A stretch of DNA of 63,936 nucleotides, filler included, from Saprolegnia diclina VS20 (lineage: Eukaryota), in the NCBI RefSeq assembly GCF_000281045.1. It is 6 parts of 2 records of this genome, joined end to end, with 100 filler letters (N's around TTAATTAATTAA, not from the genome) between each part and the next. Parts side by side here need not be neighbours in the genome. Positions count along the whole stretch, not along the records: positions 41,726 to 51,475 come from NW_008246115.1; positions 51,576 to 62,764 come from NW_008246115.1; 4 more parts are not named here. One strand, 5' to 3'. The notes beneath the pieces are model-generated. The model made no database searches. It was not told where the DNA came from and was given only the letters and a program-made list of their open reading frames with translations. A program made the translations under genes and the position numbers. Shown here piece after piece: positions 48,495 to 59,071 of this stretch (within the stretch, counting starts at the first letter, position 1; the number at the start of each line of letters is the position of its first letter).

Positions 48495-51099
48495 ATTGGT
48501 GAGGCGACATCCAAGCTTTGTTTACTTTGACTTCACTTAAAATGCTTAAGAGACAATTATGCAAAAAAAATATTGTCCGGAAATACGATGAAAGAGCAAC
48601 GACAACATCACACACTTGTGAGTGCCTTGTATCTGCAACACAAAGGTGTGTACTACTAACGTGACCTTGACTTGCTGGTCAAACCGCTCCGCAACCAAAT
48701 TGACTTTAACCCAGATTATCCTACTAAAAAAGGTGTACAGAAATTTGTTACTTTGGAGAACAGGTGATTGGAGAATTGGTGAAAGAATTCTTTTCAAGTA
48801 ATACATGTCTGTATGGAGCATCGCCTACCTTGTTTTTGTAACGACGACCAGAACATTTGAATTTTAGTATTATAGTTTCGACAACCGTAAAGAACTTGGA
48901 CAACAGGTTTGTTTTTCGTACAGCAGCAAGCAGCACCCAAATAAACAGACAATTCAACATTCCAGGGTATCGTTTTTGCACGTTTCTTTGTGATCGCATT
49001 AAAATCTTTCACGGCATTCAATATATTATTTATTGAATTGATGCCTGTGGAGCTTCGATTATAATTTGCTGGACGTAGTGCGCTGCGATTGGATTATTGA
49101 CCGTATTGCGGTTTATATTTAAAAACGTGACTTTTTTTCAATACGCAACCTGCCTTCTACGCACAAGTCTATAGCCAGTGTATATATAGTGCTCACGGCT
49201 CTCGTTGTCCGGGAATCCAAGTGATGTTTGCATTGTTTGCTGTATTTCGGGTCTTGCCTGACGGAGAAAGCTATTGTCCTCAGCAACACATAACAAAATG
49301 CAAAAAGTTGTGTAAGATTTACGTTTGCACCAGCAATTAGATAAATAATTGCCGCCTTGGGACCTAAAGTGGAAAGTGTCTAAGAGTACGAACCCGGTCA
49401 CCACTACCATGGTAAGTTCGAAACACAACCCGAGGTTGCAGTCTTTCTTCAGGTCCTCTTCAATAGTATGTCGCTAGTGGTTCATGCGACCGCCGCTACA
49501 GCCATTAAGTACACGTGTCATCCGTTCAAAAACGCATTTCAATCGTTTTCTTGGAAAGTTTTCCAAATCACCTTGGCCGGATTTCACCGCGAGGTATGGA
49601 TCTTACGAATCTAGATCCGAGCCGATGCACTTAATCCCGTTCGATCCCATTTCGCCTTGATCTCCTTGAATCAACGAAGAAAGCGAGAGAGAACAGAACA
49701 CGGCCTATGATATTCTGGTAGCGAAACGACCCTAAAATATTGATTACTCAATTTTTACTGATAACCGGCGCTCCTTTCTAGGAAGATGACCTTCCACGTT
49801 GCCGATCATAAGGTGTGGCGATTCAACGTTTACGGACATCTCTCTGGTATTAGTACGCAGAGGGTACGTATGACGCATCGAAATTAGTTCTTGTCAGGTG
49901 GTGTATTACCGGGGTTACCACGATGGGTTTATTTATTCACGTGGTCTATCGTCAAGCTACTTGATCGACCAGCAGTGTTCGCGGTCATGATCCAGACGCA
50001 TGTTGCGGAGTTCCACTTGGACGCATGCGACCGAGGGCCGACCTGGAGCTGCAGCAACCGATACACGGATTGCTCACTTAAACACGCGGGCTAATGGAAG
50101 TCGTTGGCTTGGCGACTGACGCAAAACGTCGAGTGGTTTGATGTTGATGTAGATTGAATGACTCGTGGTGCCGACTCTGGTCGTTCAGATTTGTGTTTTT
50201 TCGAAGGACGCTATAACAGCGTTGGATCAAAAAGTTCTAGATAATAATTTGCTGTGATCGGTCTTGTTTTGGCTTAGTTGAGTGACGATATTTCCACGGC
50301 ACCTAGGTCCTGCAGGGTCGAAGCGCGCTTCGGCTTGCTGTTTGCTCTGTGTTTGACGTATTTGTCGCGCAAGAGTCTTTTGCTTGCAACGTTCAGTGGT
50401 CGCACCGATGATGCTGCTTTTTAGCGCTCGGCACAGAATGCACCTTGTGCTCTCTGGTGGCCATTAAGAAGATGAGATCTCGCGGTCGCTTTTTCCCAGC
50501 CTCTACGAAATGCCGCCGCCTCCAGGCTCTCCACCACTGCGGCTAACCGTGTTGCATGCGGCGACAGTTTTACGTGTTCGTCGGTATTCCGAGTTGCAGG
50601 ATCGGACTGTTTTGTTCGAAACACACCCGACTAGCACTTCTCTGCCAGAGGGTCCGAGTCCAGGTGCCTGCGTACGACCTTGCGACATCGCGCGAGCTAT
50701 GACTCAGCGAATGGGGTCCTGGATGGATTACTCCGTGCGCACCCAATGACCAAGTGCTTGTGCAAGCAATTTAATTAGTCAAATGGACATGTTGGAACAC
50801 CTCTCGAACGCTTAATTTGCGCAGGACGCACGCCGTACGAACGCGAATAAATGTTAAACATCGTATTAATGTTCATCTTTATGGTGGACCCGGGGCAATT
50901 ACCGAGGTCTTGCGAAACCGCGTAGCCGCCGTTTGGGATGTTGGACACACTCAGCTGCGATGACGGCGGTGCATCCTAAGTTGTGCGGTAATGGCTCATA
51001 TGGCTCATAGGGTAGCCCAGCGGAGCTACTAATCGAGCCACCCTCGTTAATATATTCGCACGTTCAACTTACGTCAAGGCAGGGTATTGGACGACAAAG

Positions 51100-51475
51100 T
51101 CTATCTTTGCCATCTCTTCCAAGTCCTCCTGCCACTTAGGGATGTTCAAATCTTCGAGGTAGTCAGCGGTAAGCTTGAAGCCGACATCGTGAGCAAGACG
51201 CAGGTAAGATTGACAGCACGTTACGGCCTTGGACATTTTGTCGCCCATGCACTTGCGACCTTAGTAGCTGCTCTTCTGAAGGCACGGAATCGCGAGGTAG
51301 TCCATTATCATTTGAGGTCAGTCAAATCAAAAGAAATCGTTAGCAGGCCGATAACGTTTCCTTTGGATTTGACTGAACTCTTTTTTTGGTACATGACCGG
51401 AAACTCGGCCTTGTGCGACCACCACTTCAAGATGTGGGGTAGGAGGGCGTAGGGCGCGAGATCGTTGTCAGCAAC
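51100..51475 (-). mobile_element. hAT transposase C-terminal dimerisation-domain remnant
   Basis: ILKWWSHKAEFPVMYQ|MIMDYLAIP ... RKCMGDKMSKAVTCCQSYL fits the WW..FP.L..A.DYLAIP...R..L....AL.C..SW pattern once the hairpin insert is removed. Confidence 0.75.
51314..51380. mobile_element. 67-bp foldback (mini-MITE-like) insertion
   Basis: GAGGTCAGTCAAATCAAAAGAAATCGTTA pairs imperfectly with TAACGTTTCCTTTGGATTTGACTGAACTC. Flanked by T runs. Confidence 0.75.
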
Positions 51476-51735
51476 NNNNNNNNNNNNNNNNNNNNNNNNN
51501 NNNNNNNNNNNNNNNNNNNTTAATTAATTAANNNNNNNNNNNNNNNNNNNNNNNNNNNNNNNNNNNNNNNNNNNNTGCAGCAGTCCCGTGCATACTAGTC
51601 GGATGCTTGAACGCTGAGTTTGCAGTTTGCTCGAAGCTCGTGGTCGGGCGGCGCAACGGTTTCTCCGATACAACAGACCACCGTGCATTGCGGGAGTCAA
51701 AGGGGCACCAGTACTGTACGGAAGGATTTCTTAGT

Positions 51736-52965
51736 CTAAAGCAAATGGCTCTTGCGCAACTCTTGGTACTTTTTGTAGCCGAGCGCGCCGCCCGCGCCGA
51801 GCACGACAATGAGGATGACAAACGGGCCCTTCCAGCTGCCGTCCGTCGGCGCGTTCTTGACCTTTTCGTCGATCTTGGCCTTGACGTGGTTGGCGTGGTC
51901 GGCCACGCGGCGGTCGAGCGAGCTATCGACGATGCTCGTGATCTTCTGGTAGATGGTCTGGATGCGGTCTTCGTTGGCCTGCTCTTGCGCGCGGAGCTTG
52001 GCGATCGTGTTCGCCGTCTTCTCCTTCAAGTCGGTGAGCTTGTGCTCCGACTCGAGGCGGAAGTTGTCAATCTCCTTGGTCAAGACTGCAATCTTGCAGT
52101 CCGTCTGGCACGACGGGTCCGTGAGCCACTTTTTGTAGTCCTTGGACAGGTTGTGCATGAGCGTGTCCGAGTCGGCCTGCGACATGGCCGGGTCGTCCGG
52201 CATCTCGTACGACGCCAGCTGCAGCACATCGTGGTTGTCGGCGACGCCGCCCGTCGCCGAAGAAATGCCCACGGTCGAGCGCGAGAGCCAGCCCGCCGGC
52301 AGCGGAAGCTCGCCTTCGTAACAGCGCGTCCACGCGCCCTGGTTGGTCGCGTCCACATCGATGCGCAGGCGGTTCTGGTCAATCTTGACCTTGAGGCGAC
52401 CCGCGCTGTGCACCGGGTTGAACGACGCGCTCTCTTCGTAGTAGCGCACGGCCGCGTCGCAGCCAATCTTGGTCTCGTCGTTGAGCATGTCGAGGGTCTT
52501 GGTGCCATCGTTGATCTGGATCGACACGTCCTTGTGGCCGCCCTTGTGCTCCGGGTTGGCGAACGTGTCGAGGATGATGCCGATGCCAGTAAAGTCGGCC
52601 GTGAAGCCGTGGTTGTCGCCAAACACGTAGTTTTGGCTTGTCGTGATCCAGAGACCAATGCCATCGCCAAACCACTTTTTGCCTTGGCCCGAGATGCGAA
52701 AGGTGAGGATCGTCGAGAAGCTCTCGCGGTTGATGAGCACGTTGTTCCAGAGGTAGCCCTTCTTGCTCTGGCGGTCGGGCGTGAGGCGCACAAAGCCCTT
52801 CTTGACCTCGGTCGAGCCACCGTGAATCCACGAGCCGTTCACGTAGCGCTGGCCGTTGGCGTCGATCTTGTCAAAGGGCCCGCCGAACGAGAGCTCTTCC
52901 ATCTTGGCGCTGCTGACGACGGCCGTCGCCAGCACGAGCGCCCACGCGACAAGGTGCTTGAGCAT
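51736..52965 (-). CDS. L-type (legume-like) lectin, ERGIC-53/VIP36 family, paralog A
   Basis: Signal peptide, VRLTPDRQSKKG, FGDGIGLW, GIILDTFAN, SSATGGVADNHDV, coiled coil, C-terminal TM and RKSHLL tail. Confidence 0.92.
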   Translation of the reverse strand: MLKHLVAWALVLATAVVSSAKMEELSFGGPFDKIDANGQRYVNGSWIHGGSTEVKKGFVRLTPDRQSKKGYLWNNVLINRESFSTILTFRISGQGKKWFGDGIGLWITTSQNYVFGDNHGFTADFTGIGIILDTFANPEHKGGHKDVSIQINDGTKTLDMLNDETKIGCDAAVRYYEESASFNPVHSAGRLKVKIDQNRLRIDVDATNQGAWTRCYEGELPLPAGWLSRSTVGISSATGGVADNHDVLQLASYEMPDDPAMSQADSDTLMHNLSKDYKKWLTDPSCQTDCKIAVLTKEIDNFRLESEHKLTDLKEKTANTIAKLRAQEQANEDRIQTIYQKITSIVDSSLDRRVADHANHVKAKIDEKVKNAPTDGSWKGPFVILIVVLGAGGALGYKKYQELRKSHLL

Positions 52966-53714
52966 GGCAAATCGTCAAACCCAAAATGACCTCGACCGCC
53001 TCCGTCACCGTATCCGGATGCTGCGTATTTTTATTCCGGTCGATCGCATTTTATAGCAGGGACGGCCACACGTTGCGATGCCACGTGTTCCGTATTATTT
53101 TGTCAGATTTTATCCGGACAAGTCCGATTTTCAACCGTGCCACCATTGACGCGGTCTAGGCGCACGCAACTCTACCGTCGCGGATCGTGGGTCGACACCG
53201 GCTCAGCAGCCGTCTTGGACCTAGCGAGCCTCGATGCAAAGCCTTCCTTCCTCGCTATCAATGTGCTGTGCAACGAGTAAACAGAGCGTGCTTGTGGATG
53301 GTGCAATGTCATTCATGCTCGTCAGCATCCCTTGTCGCCTGCCCTACAACAGGATCCATACGTCCGTCAACCGTATTCAAAGTGCATCCCATTGCATTCG
53401 TAAGGTGGGCGTTGTAGAGATCCAATGCGGTCGTACATTGCGTGACGCCGCCGTCTGTGCAGTGTTGCCTGCCGTAGCCGCCATCTTGGCGTCGTGGTAG
53501 AGACGGAGTGGCGTGTTTTTATCCAACGGTGTGCGCAAAATCCCCGGGATATGTTACAAACGCAGAGCATACAAACGCGCAGTGCGTTGCCACGCGGTCA
53601 ATTAACCAGGCGGCGTTGAGTTTCGGGAAAGTCCGAATTTCAAGATGAAATTCGGCAGGATACGCCGAAACGAGCACCATGGCTGCGGATGACCATTTCC
53701 ATTTGTGAAGCAAG

Positions 53715-54938
53715 ATGCTGCGACTACTGGTGCTCCTCGCCGCCATCGTCGGCCTCGCGTCGGGCGTCGCGCTGCAGAGCCACTCGTTCCGGCCACCGTT
53801 TACCAAGGTCGACTACCAAGGCGTCCGGTTCATCAACGACACGTGGACGACCGGCGGGACGGCCGAGGTCATGAAGAGCTTTGTGCGCTTGACGCCGGAC
53901 CGCCAGAACCGCAACGGCCACGTCTGGAGCCGCGACGCGCTAGGCCGCGACTCGTTCTCGGCTGTCATGCAGTTCCGCATCTCTGGCACGGGCAAAAAGT
54001 GGTTTGGTGATGGCATTGGCCTCTGGCTCACGACGTCGCCGTACGTCCGTGGCTCCAACCATGGCATCGACGCGGCCTTCAACGGCGTGGGCATTGTCAT
54101 CGACACGTTTGTGAACCCGGAGCACAAGGGCGGCCACAAGGATGTGACGATCCAGATCAACGATGGCACCAAGACGCTTGCGACGCTCCAGGACGAGACC
54201 AAGATCGGCTGCGACGGGGCGTTCCGGTACCACGAAGACAGCGACGAGTTTGACGCGGTCTACTCGGCGTCGCGCCTGCGCCTCACGATCGAGCGCAACA
54301 ACATCAAGGTCGAGATCGACCCGAAATCCAAGGCCGAGTGGACCGCGTGCTACGAAGGCCAGCTGCCGTTGCCGGCCAACTGGCTCGAGACAGCGCGCGT
54401 CGGCCTCACGGGCTCGACGGGCGGCCTCGCCGACAACCACGACGTGCTGAGCTTCCTGTCGTTCTCGGAGCCGAACGACATTGAGATGCAGCTCACCGAC
54501 AGCGACGTGTACTGGAACAACTACTCGAAGGAGCACAACAGCATCCTCAACTCGGAGCACTGCGACCAGAGCTGCAAGCTCATCATCCTCGAGAAGGCGC
54601 TCGCGAACGTCAAGGTCGACAACGAACACACCATGGTGTCGCTCACGGAGAAGACGCGCAACTCGCTCTCGAAGGTCGCGGCCCGCGAAGCTGTCAACCA
54701 GGGCAAGATCGCCGAGCTCACAGAGCGCCTCGAGCAGTACCTCAACACCAAGCTCGACGCGTCGACGCGCGACGTGGCCGGCGACGTCGAGTCGGCGCTG
54801 CACGCCAAGGTCAACGAGAAGGTCGAGGCGTCCACGGGCTGGAAGCTGCCGTTCTTCATCCTCTTTGCCGGTCTCCTCGGCGCCGGCTCATTTGTCTACA
54901 AAAAGTACAACGAACTCCGCAAGTCGCATCTGCTCTAA
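53715..54938 (+). CDS. L-type lectin, ERGIC-53/VIP36 family, paralog B
   Basis: Same architecture and motifs (FGDGIGLW, DTFVN, TGGLADNHDV, TM, RKSHLL). INR/FPR-like CCATTTCCATTTG just upstream. Confidence 0.92.
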   Translation: MLRLLVLLAAIVGLASGVALQSHSFRPPFTKVDYQGVRFINDTWTTGGTAEVMKSFVRLTPDRQNRNGHVWSRDALGRDSFSAVMQFRISGTGKKWFGDGIGLWLTTSPYVRGSNHGIDAAFNGVGIVIDTFVNPEHKGGHKDVTIQINDGTKTLATLQDETKIGCDGAFRYHEDSDEFDAVYSASRLRLTIERNNIKVEIDPKSKAEWTACYEGQLPLPANWLETARVGLTGSTGGLADNHDVLSFLSFSEPNDIEMQLTDSDVYWNNYSKEHNSILNSEHCDQSCKLIILEKALANVKVDNEHTMVSLTEKTRNSLSKVAAREAVNQGKIAELTERLEQYLNTKLDASTRDVAGDVESALHAKVNEKVEASTGWKLPFFILFAGLLGAGSFVYKKYNELRKSHLL

Positions 54939-55025
54939 ATGCTACCGACCCTAACCCTCGTTCGTTTATACAGACTTAGTGCTATCTTGTGGAGGATATA
55001 CGACGTGTATTGAGTTAGCGGCTGC

Positions 55026-58000
55026 TCATCGTACACCGTGCACGAGGCGCACCATGTGGGCGACGGCGCCGGCGTGGCGCGGGTACGGCGACTGCTTTCG
55101 GCCTGAGATCGGGTCGACACTCAGCCACGTATGGTCTTGCAGCTGCCGGAGGAGCGGCCCAACGACGCCGTCGGCCTCGCCTTCCTCGCCGCTGCCATCG
55201 TCGCCCGTGTCGTCCGCCTCGGGACTCGGCAGCGTCGCGTCGATCGTGACGACCAAGACAATGTCGGCGCGCCCGTCGGTAGCCAGCGCGACTGCCAGAA
55301 GCGACGGGTCTTGGCCCACGCGGCACGTGCCATTGCCTACATCGGGTGCGTCAACACTGTGTTCCCTAACTGGAAGAGGGCTGTACCTGGGGCGACATCC
55401 ACGGGACTCACAACGAGGAGGCCTCGCGTCGCGCCGGCCGCAAGCATGGTCTGCACGTTCTCGCCTCTTGCATCCAGCATGTGCATCTGCAGCTCGGGTG
55501 CAGGTACGAGGCTGCTGACGAGGCAGCGACGCACCGATGACGCGTACTTGGCAAGGCCGCCCGCGAGCTCGGACGCCCACACACGACTCCAGAGCGCGGC
55601 TTCGTCGGATGCGAGCGGCGCGCCGACTTTAGTAATGCACAAGACACCCCGACTGGTCTTGCTCGACGTGTCGCGGCTAAGAACGTAGAAGGCCAGCGCC
55701 TTGGACAGCAGCATCGCCATGTCTTCGGCACTTAAGCTGGCCGACGACGTAGTTTGAACGTCGACGTCCATGAGCGATCCGTTGGCGTCCACGAGCGAGT
55801 AGACAAGCGTCGAGTCGACGAGCGCGTACCCAAGGAACGCGTCGCAGCAGTGGTCCGAGGTTGCGAGCGCAAACAGCTTTTCGTTGACGTGGCTCGTGAG
55901 CGGCTTGGGACCTGACGAGACGGCCATTGTATCGTACTGCAGCGGGACTTTTTCGTAAATTTTGTCGTAGAGCGCAAATGCGTGGTCGGCAAACGCCAGT
56001 GGCGTGGGCGGCGCCAGAACGTCCGGCAAGTACAAGAGCTCGAGGACGACGCCGGCTTGCCAGTCGCCGGGCACGTCACCGGGAAAGAGACCTGAGGCCA
56101 CCGCGCTGAGAAGCCGCGCGGCCAAGGGGACCTCGTCCCGGCCAAACGGTGCGACCACATACACGACGGTCGCGATCGCCGTGCGCGCAAAGGCTTGGGT
56201 CGTCGGGCCGTCGGCGAGGATGCGCGTGAGATGGCTAGCCGCTGCGGTATACGTGTGGAACGCATCGCCCGGCGACTTGCGCAGTAGCAAAATGGCAGTG
56301 TCGAGGTCGGCGCCAATCACGTCGGTCGAAACACTCCAGCGCCCCGCGAGCTCGAGCGGCTCGTGGTCGCCCAGCGAGAGGTTCATGTACGCCGTGCGCA
56401 CTGACGCGACGTGCGACGTCGTCCGGTTTGCCAGCCACGGCGCGTCGGGGCAGAGCACGACATAGTCGACGTTCTTCATCGGTCCGAGCGGTGCAAAGCC
56501 GCGCAGCGGCCACTCGGGCAACAGGTGCGGGGGCAATGAGAGGACGGTCTCGGCCTTGGCCACGTGCACATCGGGTATCCTTCCGCGCAGCGTATTCGTG
56601 GACGCGCCGCAGACCGCGTCCGGTCCGAGCCAGGATGCTGGCGACACGAGCATGCGTGCGGCGAACGCGTCAACGTGCGCGGCGACCGAGTGGGTCAAGA
56701 AGCGCTGCCGCTGGGCGCTGTCGCTCGCCGCGAGGCCGCGCGGGGCCGGCGGGATCCAGCTCGACGGATTGAGCTTCCACCCCACCAACGCGTCTTTGGC
56801 GAGTAATCGGAGACCGAGCGTCATATCCGCTCGGGGTGTTGTCGAGAACGGGAGCGCCACCACCGTACTTGGCGGCACGACAGAGGTTTTGACGGATGAC
56901 GGTCCCGCCAAGCCCGGGACGTTGTACGGCATCGTCCCTACTGGCAGGTACCGTCGCTCGTCGTCCTCTGCAGACGTCGAGGCATACGCCGGTGCGACGC
57001 GAAGAAGCGCTGGCTTGGCGCTCGTGTCCGCCGTCTCGGTGTGCATTTCCTTCGCAACCGTCGTCGCGAGCGTGAGTAGCATCGGGTCGGTGACGGCGAC
57101 CGGGCGCGGCGGCAGCGGCAGCGGCACGACGCTGTCGGCTTCGTCGGCGGTGCTGTAGTACTCACTCTCGTCGTTGTTGCCGCCTTTCGGGAGGTCCTTG
57201 GGCACACGCAGCAGCATTCGCCACGCACTCTTCTTTCTCACGACTCGCTTGGCCTCTACTTTGGCTTTCGACTTGGTCTTGGCGCTCGGCACGAACGCGT
57301 GCACACGCCGGCTTCTGTGCAGTGGCGCGTCGGTGCCCACGCCCGCAAAGTCGACGCAGAGCAGCTCGTGCTTGACGCCGAGGTCGGGCGAGATGGGCGT
57401 GAGCGCCTCCTACACCAACAGACGATCAAGACACAGTCGCATCGACCCATGTACGTACGTCGTCGGTGGTGTGCTGCTGCGACGGCGACGTCGACTGCGA
57501 CGCCGGAAGTTTTGGCCGCTTGGGGTCGAGCGCATTCGGCGAGAAGGGCGGCGGTCGCTCCGGGCTGCTCGCTTGGCTCTCAGACGACAGCTTGGTCATG
57601 CGCGGGCGCTTGGCCACGCGGAATCGGTCTTTCTCGACGATGATTGGCGTCGGGGTTGCGGCCAACACGCCCGTGACGCTGACGTCCCGCATCGTCCAGA
57701 CGTCGATGATGCTCTCGGCGCCAAACCCTTCGCACGGCAGCGCCTGCAGTCGCTTCCAGAGCATGCGCGGGTACTCCAAGCCATGGGCGGTCGACAGCAG
57801 CGCCTTGCGGAAGACGACGACATGCACCCACACAGCGTTCGACCGCGAGAGCGTGGCCTGGATCTGGAACGCCGGTGTCGGGACGTCCGCATCGACGTGC
57901 GTCTCCCACGTGTTTTCGCGGTTCGCTGAGAGCGTTCGGAACGTGAACTGGGGCTCGGTCGACACGAGGTAGTCGGCCTCGGCGCGAAACGCAGGGACGC

Positions 58001-58537
58001 CCGACGCATCGAGAGCGCCCGACCACGCGACCCGCGCCTGCTGCAAGAACCACGCCCGCAGCTGCCGCTCAATCGCAGCTTCAAACATGCGCAGGACGTC
58101 GTCGTCTCGTTCAATATCGGGCGTCCACGCGCCGGCGCGGGTCTCTACAATCGCGATGAGCACCATCATCCTCATGTCGCGGGCCACGGCGTACCGAGTC
58201 CATCAAACTCGGAGGGTACGACGTGCGGCGTATCTTGAAAGTTGACGGTGAAGGACCAGACGTGGTCGTCAGCGACGCTCACGAGCAGCGGCCGCCGGTG
58301 GTCGCTGTCCGCCCACGTCAGCAAGCGCGCGTGCAAGCCGCGGTCGCCGCTGGGACCGAAGACGCGGTACTCTAGCCGCGTGACCTCGCCCTAGAGGTAG
58401 ATGCAGATGCCATGAGCCGTCGCCGACGCCCATGCCATGCGGCCACGCGTCATTACCAAGGACCATGCATTCGATCGCATCTCGGTCGTCCTCACGCTTG
58501 TGGTCCCAACGAGTGGAATTTTATTCGGGTCGCCCAT
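55026..58537 (-). CDS. MED13: Mediator complex subunit 13-like (spliced)
   Basis: EWPLRGFAP..KNVDYVVLCP, AYMNLSLGDHEPL, VVYVVAPF, AFALYDK and C-terminal TWLSVDPISGRKQSPYPRH match MED13 C-terminal motifs as I recall them. Intron 55337-55386. The 5' exon structure is approximate. Confidence 0.75.
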
Positions 58538-59071
58538 GTCGACGCGGTTTTTATGGAAACATCCAATGTCACATAGAAAAAGAGTGATCAACAGAACGAA
58601 ATTTATTTTATTTTCGCGTGCCTGCCTTTTATAATACACGCCATTTTCGCTTTCCACGGCTCTACCGCCTTGGAACTGCCGGCGACGTCGCCGCCAACGA
58701 GACCAGTCCGCGAGCAGTGGCGCTCATGTGGCCGCGCGCTACATGCGGTCTCTCTAAGAGGCCAAGGACAGATGGCGGGATGGTCGCGGCTGGTCCAGCC
58801 ACCTACGCACCGACCACCATGCCCATGGACGCATGCAGAGTCCACGATCGCCACGTAGCCGCAACACACTACACCGTACTCATGACGCTGCATATTGGAT
58901 GGCCAGTGCGATGACCTTGCTGCTCGCCACCGTTGGCGATGGGAGCTTTACTCGAACACGCACACGAAGGATGATGGAGCCGTCCACGGGCACAAGCGGG
59001 CCGTGGACACACGATACATGCATGTATATACTTAGAGGAAAGAGCTGCGAGCGAGCGGGGTGCGAGGCCAC

